A DNA stretch of 36,794 nucleotides from Octopus sinensis (GCF_006345805.1 NW_021836866.1:1-36794); one strand, 5' to 3'; positions 1 to 10,744 are shown, counted from the stretch's first letter. Program-made: numbers and translations. The notes: generated by a model from the letters alone, not told the origin.

Positions 1-253
1 AACCTTACAGGTAAAATTCAGTATAAGATATTAGACATAATTTCGTAATATATATAATAATGTATATAACTAATTTTAGTGACGAACCACCATTCACAAC
101 TCAGTCAATGAAAAACCCGTCCAAAACCATGCTGCGAGACATATTCCATACAAAATACTAATCTAAAATTTTAATAATATATAATATTGACAGTAAAGAT
201 TATCACAATCATATAATATATAAGAGTACATACAATCATATAATATATAAGAC

Positions 254-280
<27 letters not shown>

Positions 281-292
<12 letters not shown>

Positions 293-533
293 TTAGAGAC
301 AAAACCACTATTTTGCAAAACAAACAAGGAAAGACTTAATCATACATAAAATTTTATAAAAAGTAAAAAAAACTAAAAATTAAAATTTTACGTATTGATT
401 AAGTCTTTCCTTGTTTGTTTTGCAAAATAGTGGTTTTGTCTCTAATTAATATTATATAATATTTTACTATAAAATTGGATTTAATCCTAAATCTGATTTT
501 TTCCCTGTAAATTTGGATTTATTCCCTAATATT

Positions 534-537
<4 letters not shown>
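281..537. mobile_element. AT-rich foldback element between (TA)n tracts; inverted arms ~281-355 / ~383-457
   Basis: atataatattaattagagacaaaaccactattttgcaaaacaaacaaggaaagacttaatca (281-342) is the exact reverse complement of 396-457. (TA)n lies at ~257-283 and ~540-569. Confidence 0.6.
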
Positions 538-569
<32 letters not shown>

Positions 570-808
570 GCACACAATCACGTGTGAAGGGACAAACGGG
601 GGAAAGAGTCGCGTGGCACTTAACAGTTGGAGTTACATATATTATTTTAGAGTAAGTTTAACTCAATTCCATGCAACTTGAAGTTTCGTTGACTCAAAGC
701 AAGCCTAACTCGTCAGACGTCAAGAGTAACAGAATATGAAACAAATTCAAAATGGTTCCTAGACGTCAGGCCTCTAACAGTCTATCCAGGTCACGTGATG
801 TTATTGGT

Positions 809-898
809 GTCGATTTTGGCGGAATTTGAACACCAAACGTTAAGTGCTGGAACAAATGCCGTTAAGCATTTAACCTAGGCGTGCTAACAATTCTGTCA
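809..898 (-). mobile_element. SINE family A, degenerate 5' half
   Basis: ggcggaatttgaac (reverse-complement B-box) and ttaagcattt...ggcgtgctaac...ttctg match the family A head. Confidence 0.65.
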
Positions 899-908
899 TA
901 ACATCGCT

Positions 909-910
<2 letters not shown>

Positions 911-970
<60 letters not shown>
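911..970. repeat. (AAT)n microsatellite, 3' tail of adjacent SINE A
   Basis: Pure AAT run seen directly. Confidence 0.95.
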
Positions 971-1175
971 CCTTCGTCCTAAAGCACAATGTCTGAAATT
1001 TTGGGGAGGGAACTAGTTAGATTACATCGATCCCATTACTCGAGTGGTATTTATTCCATAGACCGCGAAAGGATTCAAGGCAAAATCAATCTCGGTGGAG
1101 TTTGAACGCAGGTCCTAAAGATGGGGCAAAATGCCTCTAAGTATTTTGTCTGGCGCGATTCTGCCAGCTCACCGC
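968..1175 (-). mobile_element. SINE family A monomer, diverged
   Basis: On the - strand it starts gcggtgagctggcagaatcg and carries a B-box-like gttcaaactcc and the family 3' end. AAT-type sequence flanks both sides. Confidence 0.8.
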
Positions 1176-2299
1176 ATTAATGATATTAATAATGGTAGTA
1201 ATAACTCACACAAGTTTATTGTACAAGATTAAGGCCCAACGATATTCCAACTTACACTGCACACAACAGAGCATACAATAATATAACAGGAGACAGTAAA
1301 GAAAAAACAACAAAATAACAACTAAGAACAGACTGACTGATGGGAGTAGGGTTACAGGAAGAGTCTACACTGCTCCAATCTCTACAAAAACAAGATAAAA
1401 GCAGAGGGCTGCTTAGAACTTAGGAACACAAAGAATCACCAGGTGTTTGTAGTAAAAACTCACATGAAACGAACGAAGAAAGCATATAATAAATTACTCA
1501 GAAGCAAACCAAAGTGAAGCTCATAAGCGTAATAACGAAAGATAAAGAAAGCAAAAACGTTTACATATATATATATATATATGTTAGGAAACGATAAAGT
1601 ACAAAGATGAAACGAACCAGTTACAAAGAAACATAGAATGTAGACAAGAAGAAAACAACTTAAGATGTTAGGAAACAAAAGCTGAGATGGAAATGGATTA
1701 CCAAAATATAAATATAAAACATGGTGAGAGAAAAAAGACCATTCCAGGGCTTGTATCCTGTAAGGCCGACCAAAAGGAAGAAGTCAGATTGAAAGTAAAC
1801 AATAGCTGAAAAGCTCGAGGCTAAATGCAGAAAAAATATAATGTCTGATACTAGCTGCAGAACAGCAGTGCTTAACCGCAGCCACCTACAGGACTAAAAC
1901 AGTAAAAAATGACGCCAGCTTCATTTGAAGACAACGCAACCAAATCCGGAGGATGACTGCATAGTTTCCGGCTGCATTTCAATACCCCAAAATATAGAGA
2001 CACAACAGAGCCGACAATTCAAAGTGATAAACAAATAGATGGCATAAACAGGTGCAAAATAAGGTACCAAAGAAAGACTTAGCTACAACCTCCTTAAGTA
2101 TGTCTATTCAACCATATAATCCAGAAATAATTATCATTTGACCAAAACCATGTCCAAAAGGAAATGAAAAGTGTGTAGATATATTGGTTTGTCAGATAAA
2201 TACGTTCGCTTCTTTATTTTCATTTTTATCCTTTTCAATGTCATTTGAATTTATACGAAAAATATTTTTATTGTAACCGGTGACGGCACTAAGTAATAA

Positions 2300-2568
2300 T
2301 GTTACCAGTTCAAATATGCTTCAGGCTTATTTGAAACCGCAAGAAAGCCATTAATTGTATTTTGTCGTGGAAAAAATTTATCGCTGTAGACAGTCAGTTC
2401 GCAGCGCCCCCTTAATGAAACTGTTCGGCGCATGTATTTTTCCTCTTCAGAAAGACAGGACAAAATACATTGGTATTTTCACGGTGACAGGACAAAATAC
2501 AATGGTATTTTCATGGTTTCAAATAGGCGTCAAGAATATTTGAACTGGCAGCAAGTTTGCTTTTACTG
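2300..2568. mobile_element. MITE-like foldback element (family F) with internal 32-bp tandem duplication
   Basis: Inverted arms 2300-2338 / 2515-2553 match 33/39 ungapped. gacaggacaaaatacattggtattttcacggt is repeated at 2454-2485 / 2486-2517. A second copy lies at ~34475-34710. Confidence 0.65.
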
Positions 2569-2700
2569 TAGTGTTTTATGGTGTATTGTAGCTGTACTCT
2601 ACCTGTATAATCCTTGTTTTCAGACATACGACGATGGAGACCTAAGTAGAAAAGAACGGACGAATTTACCTGACAACTCAACATAAGGATCACGAAAACT

Positions 2701-2850
2701 GAAATAACAAGATGAGCAGTACGAAAGCAAAAACAATATGAGTCATAATTGGAGCAATTGGCTTATTGGCACCCCAAGTAAAACATACGGAACATACAAA
2801 GGATGCATCCTGTTTGAAATTAACTCTACTAAGTCCAGCCCATATCTCAT
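2701..2850 (+). pseudogene. Old remnant of REL-LINE (R4/Dong-like) endonuclease C-terminus
   Basis: Manual translation with one frameshift and a stop gives EITR-MSSTKAKTI*VIIGAIGLL...KLTLLSPAHI. This parallels VTRMWSLKTETILILVGTLGM...KIALLGTAHF at 35.7-35.9 kb. Confidence 0.45.
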
Positions 2851-3496
2851 ACCAGTTATAACCCAATGGGACAATGAATATATGATCATTACCCAACAAA
2901 ATGACTCAAAGCGTATCCTAAACAACGGCAGCCCATTATTACTATACATGCCGCCTATCACGTACTATACTCAACAACCATGTAACACTAAAACAGTGCA
3001 AATCACGAAGTATTTTCAAAAGTATTCACCACCCAACAAAATAATATTAATACAACAGATACTCCGTGTGCTTAGCACAACAGAAGATTCTGTGAAAGAA
3101 CCCCGGGAACAACACGACATAGAAAAACAAAACTGATGTTATGTCTTAAAAAGGCTAACACCTTAAAATACAATGTTTTGTACATCACAAGAGGAGGTTT
3201 GTGTATCGGGTAAAGCATTAAAACTCGTATTAAACTGTCTAAAATATCAGAATAACCGGCATTAAATTAAAATGGCCATCAGTGTATCATAATTAATGCA
3301 AATGCATGATAGGAAACCCAATTAAATGCGGATTTTGCTCAGGATATTGTCTCTTACGGACATACTAGGCTTTAAAATATAAATATTCAGTAACAGAAGG
3401 AAATCGCCCAGCAGTACATGATTCTTTCTATAAATACTGCAGTAATGTTGCCTTCCCGTGATGCCTTGCTTCTTCCTTAAGTATGATACACAGATG

Positions 3497-3522
3497 GTAA
3501 TAATAATAGTAATAATAATAAC

Positions 3523-3595
<73 letters not shown>

Positions 3596-3622
3596 TAATA
3601 ATAATAATAATAATAATTGTGT

Positions 3623-3669
<47 letters not shown>

Positions 3670-3716
3670 ATAATAAAACTACTACTAATAGTAATAATAA
3701 TACTACTAATAATAAT
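3497..3716. repeat. Compound (AAT)n/(AGT)n microsatellite
   Basis: Seen directly; continuous with the tail of the SINE A at 3714. Confidence 0.95.
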
Positions 3717-3834
3717 CCTTTCTATTATAGGCACAATGCCTGAAATTTTGGGGGAAGGTCCAGTTGTTTAGATCGATCTCAGTACGTAACTGGTACTTAA
3801 TTATCGACTCCGAAAAGATGAAAGGCAAGCGACC
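3714..3834 (-). mobile_element. SINE family A, 3' half
   Basis: ggcacaatgcctgaaattttggggg...agtacgtaactggtacttaattatcgac...gatgaaaggcaa is the reverse complement of the family A body. Confidence 0.8.
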
Positions 3835-3847
3835 GATGTAAGAAGTA

Positions 3848-3890
<43 letters not shown>

Positions 3891-3929
3891 AATAAATGAA
3901 TAAATATAAATAAAAATAGTCAGCAACAG

Positions 3930-4030
3930 CATAACTACTCGGGGCCGATTTGTTCGACTAAACCCTTCAAGGCGTTGCCCCAGCATGGTCGCAGTCCAAT
4001 GACTGAAACCAGTCAAAGATAAAAGAGAAA
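3930..4030 (+). mobile_element. SINE family B, 3' end
   Basis: ggggccgatttgttcgact...cagcatggtcgcagtccaatgactgaaac...aaagataaaagag matches the family B terminus. Confidence 0.7.
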
Positions 4031-4589
4031 GACGAAGAGACACCGTTCAGGCTAATGTCTTCCAATTTCAACAAAAGACCAACAATGTCTGATTTGTGGA
4101 CAGCCATTAAGACTTTTCCTTTCTCTTTCTCTCTTTGTTTCTCGGTAGTCTTGTGCCAAGCAGTTTCTTTTATTTTTTCTCTTTTTCTATTTGTAAACCT
4201 CTGCTCCTGTTAAAAATAAATATTTTATGTTTGTTAATTTAGTGTTGTCCACATTTCTTTTCAGTCTCATCAAAGTCAACTATTGAATTAGCCACGCGCT
4301 AAACGTTTCATTATGAAAGTCGGATTAAAGATATGAAACTATTAACCCTCCGATAGACAACAAACTTTTCTCAAATTTGTTGTCAGGACAAAATTAAATA
4401 AAAATAAATTCTTTAAAAAAATAATTTATTTAGACGTTTTTTTTCTCCTTTTTATTTGTTGTTTGTTGTATTAGTTTTATATATTTTGAATCAATTTTGA
4501 TGAGGTTGGGGACCGTTAGACCGAGTCAATCAAATTCAGAATATCTTTTTTTATTATTTAGTTTTGGATAGGTGTATATATATTTGAGA

Positions 4590-5008
4590 TCTTACGTGCT
4601 TCAATCATTAGACTGCAGCCATGCTAGGGCAACACCTTGAATAAGTTTAGTCGAATGAATCTACACCAACACTTATTATTTGTTTTGCAAAACCTGGTAC
4701 TTATTCTATCGGTCACTTTTGATGCACAGCTAGTTTGGAGGGACGTAAACACACCAACACCAGTTGACAAACGTTGGTCGGGAACGAACCCACACGCACA
4801 CGCACACACTCACAGATACATATATATATATATATATATATATATGACAGGCTGCTTTCAGTTTCCATCTACCAAATTCACTAACAAAGGCTTTGGCCGG
4901 TTCGAGGCTATAGTAGAAAACACTTGTCCAAGGTGCCATGCAGTGGGACTGAACCCGAAAACATGTGGTTGGGAAGCAAACTTCTTACCATATAACCACT
5001 CCTGTACC
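4590..5008 (-). mobile_element. SINE family B, near full length, with internal (CA)/(TA) microsatellite
   Basis: tRNA-like head on the - strand (ggagtggttatatggtaag...gggttcagtccc). Body is colinear with 19631-20072. Confidence 0.85.
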
Positions 5009-5183
5009 TCTATAAGAACAAGCTTTTATTTTACGTTTTTAGTCATTTTACTAGTTCCAGTAACAATGTTGCGGCCATGCTGTAGCATCACCTTCAAAAG
5101 ATTTTAGCCTAATATATTGTCCCCTCACATCTCTCAAGTACTGTCTCTTATTTTATCTTGTTTTAGATTATTTTATCTGATTA

Positions 5184-5254
<71 letters not shown>

Positions 5255-5428
5255 TCTTTTACTTATTTTATCAGCGTCGGATGTGGACGAAATTTGAAAT
5301 TAACCGGATGCAAAGGGAGACAATCAAAATGTTTCAAAATACTACAAATGTTATTGTGTGACACACGGATGATTGTCTTTTCTTTTGCCATTCCACTCTG
5401 AACCAGACTCTAACATAGACTCTCACAA

Positions 5429-5829
5429 AGCGGTGAGTTGGCAGAATCGTTAGCACGCCGGGCGAAATGCTTAGCGGTATTTCGTCTGTTTATACGTTCT
5501 GAGTTCAAATTCCGCTGCGGTCGACTTTACCTTTCATCCTTTCGGGGTCAACAAATTAAGTACCAGTTACGCACTGGGGTCGATATAATCGACTTAATCC
5601 GTTTGTCTGTCCTTGTTTGTCCTCTCTGTGTTTAGCCCCTGTAGGCAATAAAGAAATAGGTATTTCATCTGTCATTGCATTCTGAGTTCAAATTCCACCG
5701 AGGTCGACATTGCCTTTCATCATTTCGGGCTCAATAAATGAAGGACCAGTTGGCTACTGGGGTTGATCTAATTGACAGGCCCCCTCCTACACAAAATTTC
5801 GCGCCTTGTGCCTAGAGTAGGAAAGACAT
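5429..5829 (+). mobile_element. SINE family A, dimeric form (183-bp module)
   Basis: A-box tggcagaatcg; B-box gagttcaaattcc twice; gtatttc recurs at 5477 and 5660; monomer 3' end follows. Confidence 0.9.
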
Positions 5830-6217
5830 GTTAGCACGCCGGGCGAAATGCTTAGCGGTATTTCATCTGTCTTTACGTTGTGAGTTCAAATTCCGCCGAG
5901 GTCGACTTTACCTTTCATCCTTTCGGGGTCGACAAATTAAGTACCACTTACGCACTGGGGTCGATATAATCGACTTAATCCGTTTGTCTGTCCTTGTTTG
6001 TCCTCTCTCTGTTTAGTCCCTTGTAGGTAGTAAAGTAATAGGTATTTCGTCTGCCGTTACGTTCTGTGATCAAATTCCGCCGAGGTCGACTTTGTCTTTC
6101 ATCCTTTCGGAGTCGATAAATTAAGTACCTGTTGCGTACTGGGGTCGATCTAATTGACTGTTCCCCCCCCCCCCAAAAAAAAATTTCGGGTCTTGTGCCT
6201 AGAGAAGAAAAGAATAT
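5830..6217 (+). mobile_element. SINE family A, dimeric form (184-bp module), 5'-clipped, directly tandem to previous copy
   Basis: gtatttc at 5858 and 6042; same linker; ends gtgcctagagaagaaaagaatat. Confidence 0.9.
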
Positions 6218-6244
6218 AGACTCTCTTACACACATACAAACATA

Positions 6245-6560
6245 CCGTCGGTTGAGACGACGATGTATATTCCACCCGATACGATCAACGGAACAGCCTG
6301 CTCGCGGAATTAACGTGCAAGTGGCTGAGTACTCCACAGACACGCGTCCTTCTAACGTAGTTCTTAGGACGATGCAGCGTGTCACAGAAACCTAACAAGG
6401 CTGACCCTTTGAAATGCAGTCATACCTTATTTTTGCCAGCTGAGCAGACTGAAGCAACAAGAAAAAAAGTGTCTTGCTCCATGATACAACGCACCGCCGA
6501 GAATCGAAATCACGTTCTTATGATCGAGAGTTGAGTAATCTAACCACTAAGCCACGCGCC
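6245..6560 (-). mobile_element. tRNA-derived SINE family E
   Basis: - strand head ggcgcgtggcttagtggttag (A-box) ... atttcgattctc (decayed B-box), followed by a body ending gagcaggctgttccgttgatcg...aaccgacgg. Confidence 0.75.
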
Positions 6561-7052
6561 TTCACCGGACACACATACACACGCGTGTGTGCGCATATAC
6601 TAAGACAGACACACTTTGCCCAAAGTTCTATGCTGGCAAAGTGGAGGAGAACACAGAAGCGAACACGGGGTCATAAGGTTAAGAAAAGACCCTCCTAGCA
6701 ACCACATAGACACGCCTGCCCCATAAAATCTCTAAAAATCGAACTTTTGGTTGGTTTCAAAACAAAAAAAAATCCGAACAAACACAGAAATAAATATAAT
6801 GAAGAATGCAAAAAATAGCCTTTTCGTTCTGTAGGTCATTTCTGGATTTCAATTTGTCCCATTATCAGATTTATAGCTCTCAGGAATGCTTTAGAGTTAT
6901 ACTGTTGGATTCCTATGAAAGAGCTTCTATGTAATCATTCGACTCGCTAAAAACAGCAGTCAAATCTTCCCTAAGAACACGTCTGAGTATATACTATACG
7001 TGTAGATACACCTACGGAAATGCCAGAAAACAATAAAGAGGTACGATTACTA

Positions 7053-7614
7053 TTTCCTTTTTAGTTCGTCTGTCTTTACGTTCTGAGTTCAAATTCCGCC
7101 GAGGTCGACTTTTCCTTCCATCTTTTCAGGGTCAATAAATTAAGTACCAGTTGCGTGCTGGGTTCGATCTTATCGACTGGCTCCCTCCCCAAACATTTCG
7201 GGCCTTTTGCCCTGAGTAGAAAAGAACAAAGAAATCACTATTACAATTTCCATTTTAGTTCGTCTGTCTTTACGTTCTGAGTTCAAATTCCACCGAAGTC
7301 GACTTTGCCGTTCATCCTTTCGGGGTCGATAAATAAAGTACCAGTTGCGTGCAGGGTTCGATCTTTTCGACTGGCACCCTCCCCAAACATTTCGGGCCTT
7401 TTGCCTTGAGTAGAAAAGAACAAAGAAATCACTTTTGCAATTTCCATTTTAGTTCGTCTGTCTTTACGTTCTGAGTTCAAATTCCACCGAAGTCGACTTT
7501 GCCGCTTACCCTTTCGGGGGTCGATAAATAAAGTACCAGTTTCGTGCTGGAATCGATCTAATCGACTGTCACCATTGTCCCTAGAATAAAAGAGATTATT
7601 TCCATTTTAGTTCT
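7053..7614 (+). repeat. Tandem array of three headless SINE A bodies, period 194 bp
   Basis: tttcc(a/t)ttttagttc at 7053, 7247, 7441 and 7599; each of the three intervening units holds a B-box and the A body. Confidence 0.9.
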
Positions 7615-7957
7615 CAGAATGTTCGATTCCACTTGCTCCGGTAAATTGTCCAAGTGCGGACAGCAACCTGTTGCCAAAGGCCACAAACGGTCTCTTTCCA
7701 CAATACTTCATATCCAAACACTAAGATTGGTATTTCTGAACAGTTTTTTTGAGCGTGTTCTTCCCTCATGTCAGTTCCAATTTCTCCCACAAACCTGGTT
7801 GTTATTGCCCCCACTGCACCCCCTACAACTGCTGGGATGACAGTTACACCTTTCGTTCCCCACATTCGTGCAATTTCCTCTTTTGTTACTAGCCTGCATC
7901 TTTCCATCTTTACCAGCTTTTTGCCATCCGCCCGTGCGGCCCCAGCTATGGCAACCG

Positions 7958-7958
<1 letters not shown>
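7597..7958 (-). mobile_element. 5'-truncated REL-LINE (R4/Dong-like): endonuclease C-terminus plus 3' UTR
   Basis: ORF 7614..8015 contains VAIAGAARADGKKLVKMERCRLVTKEEIARMWGTKGVTVIPAVVGGAVGAITTRF...EHAQK. This resembles the REL C-terminal pattern (D)VAIPGD-x-KExEKxxKYxxL-x-EIARMW-x-VIPVVVGALG. Confidence 0.8.
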
Positions 7959-8014
<56 letters not shown>

Positions 8015-8394
8015 ATACTACTACTTGTACTTCATCATCTTTTCTTCATCTTCTTCATCCTCATCTTCTTCCTCATCTTCATCTTCATCTTCATCATCAA
8101 CATCATCATCCTCATCATCTTTTTCTTTTTCTTCTCCTTTTCTTCATCATCATCATATTTTTCTTCTTTTTCTTATTTCTCCTTTTTCTTCACTTCTTTT
8201 TCATTTTCTCCTCCATTTTCTTATCCTCCTCCTCCTCCTCTTCCACCTCCTTCTTCTCCTTCTCCTTCTTATCGTTATCATCATAATTATTATTGTTGTT
8301 ATCATCATTGTCGTCGTTGTCGTTCTTCTTGTTGCTGTTGTCTAATTGTTTTCTTCTTCTTCTTCTTCTTCTTCTTCTTCTTTTTCTTCTTCTT

Positions 8395-8456
<62 letters not shown>

Positions 8457-8475
8457 TATTATTATTATTATTATT
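7958..8475. repeat. Compound trinucleotide array (CTA, TCT/TCA, CCT, TGT, TCT, TAT)
   Basis: Seen directly. Confidence 0.95.
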
Positions 8476-8952
8476 TCTCTTGACACAGGACAAAACCCAG
8501 AAGCAATGACAAGAATACGAACGCTTGAACTTTCAGGTCAGCCGACCTCTCAGCTTTCATTTCTCTTTCTTTGTGTCTTTTGTTCTTTTTTGCCTTTTCT
8601 GGTTTTTTGTTTCATTTCTTTTTTTTTTTACTTTATCTTCCACAGTATCGTCTTGACAGTCTGCGATCTCATTACAATTTTATTTGTGTTTAAAAAACAA
8701 CAACAACACCAAAAAAAGGAAAAAAAAAACCGAAACCAAAACAATAAAAAAACAACCAAAAAACTAACACGACAAACCAAAACTCTAACCACCCAATCAA
8801 AGTCTCTGCAACGAAATTATCAGACAGCCATTCAAACTATACTCACGTCGCTCTCCTGTCACACCCACCCGTCACCCACACTCTACGCCGCCCGACCATT
8901 CTTTGTATTTTTTCTTCATAACTTCAACGAGTCGCGTTAAACTTCGTTTTTA

Positions 8953-9346
8953 CAATCATCATCATCGTCACCCTCATCATCATCATCATCATCATCATCA
9001 TGACTATCATCTTCATCATCATCACGATCACCATCATCATCGTCAACATCACCATCATCATCATCATCATCGTTATAATCATCATCATCATCATCATCGT
9101 CATCGTCATCATCACCATCACCATCATCATGATCATCATCACTATCACCATCATCATGATCATCATCATGATCATCATTATGATCATCGTCATCATCATC
9201 GTCATCATCATCGTCATCATCATCATCATCATTGTTATTGTTATTATTATTATTATCATTATTATTATTATTATTATTATACTATTATTATTATTATTAT
9301 TTTATATTATTACTATTATTATTATTATTAATATTATTATTATTAA

Positions 9347-9406
<60 letters not shown>

Positions 9407-9424
9407 GTTGTTATTATTATTATC
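8953..9424. repeat. Compound trinucleotide array (CAT)n to (TAT)n to (TGT)n
   Basis: Seen directly. Confidence 0.95.
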
Positions 9425-9500
9425 ATATTTTATAAAGAATAACTATATTTTCTCTTTCTTGTTATATTCATTTTCAACAGACAGAATATGTCAAAAGTAA

Positions 9501-9537
<37 letters not shown>

Positions 9538-9587
9538 TTTCTCTCTCTCTTCTCTCTCTCTCTCTTTTTTTTTCTCTCTCTCTCTCC
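9501..9587. repeat. (CT)n microsatellite
   Basis: Seen directly. Confidence 0.9.
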
Positions 9588-9638
9588 TTGTGTTTAGCTA
9601 ACAAATAAAGAATTTAATGAAGTAATAATACTATTCAC

Positions 9639-9670
<32 letters not shown>

Positions 9671-9814
9671 TTTTATTATTATTAATAATAACAATACTTT
9701 ATACTGATTTTATTAATACATTGTAATTTTACTGCGATGACGAACACAACTGTGTTTGCCTTGGGTATATTCTCTCTATAGTTTGCTTTGTGCTGTTTCT
9801 ATGTTTTGACCTCC

Positions 9815-10257
<443 letters not shown>

Positions 10258-10258
10258 A

Positions 10259-10471
10259 CAGCGAGTTGGCAGAATCGTTAGCACGCCGGGCGAAATGCTT
10301 AATGGCATTTTATCCGTCTTTACATTTTGGGTTCAAATGCTGCCCAAGTTGACTTTGTCTTTCATCATTTCGGGGTCGATAAATAAAGTACCAGTGAAAC
10401 ACTGGTGTCGATGAAATCGACTAATCCCCTCCCTAGAATAAATTCAGGTCTTATGCCTTTATTAGAAAGAG

Positions 10472-10473
<2 letters not shown>
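10259..10473 (+). mobile_element. SINE family A monomer
   Basis: gcgagttggcagaatcgttagcacgccgggcg...gggttcaaatg...family 3' end; ATT arrays on both sides. Confidence 0.9.
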
Positions 10474-10560
<87 letters not shown>

Positions 10561-10594
10561 GTTGTTGTTGTTGTTTTTGTTGTTGTTGTTGTTT

Positions 10595-10626
<32 letters not shown>

Positions 10627-10627
10627 C
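10474..10627. repeat. (ATT)n to (GTT)n array
   Basis: Seen directly. Confidence 0.95.
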
Positions 10628-10740
10628 TTTGCGTTCAAATTCGGAGACGATGAAATAAGTACCAGATGAGCACTGGGGTCGATGTAATGGACTTGCCACC
10701 CTCCCTCGAAATTGCTGGCCTTGTGCTAAAATTTGAAGCC
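10628..10740 (+). mobile_element. SINE family A, internally deleted fragment
   Basis: gttcaaattc...aataagtaccag...cactggggtcgatgtaat...ggccttgtgctaaaa. Confidence 0.7.
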
Positions 10741-10744
10741 ATGC

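Noticed and set aside
1205-1440. Possible L1/LTR 3' end with AATAAA on the - strand (1215-1220)
   Set aside because: No poly(A) tail, ORF remnant or second copy to support it.
2738-3136. 132-aa ORF as a real gene
   Set aside because: No recognisable domain or splice context, and it overlaps a decayed LINE remnant in another frame.
6612-6643. 9-bp hairpin cactttgcc/ggcaaagtg; also a branched hairpin near 27390-27450
   Set aside because: Too short or irregular for a pre-miRNA; single occurrences compatible with chance.
7768-9500. Long ORFs (up to 215 aa) rich in His, Ile, Leu, Ser, Met
   Set aside because: They are translations of in-phase trinucleotide microsatellites, open in several frames and on both strands, with no domain content.
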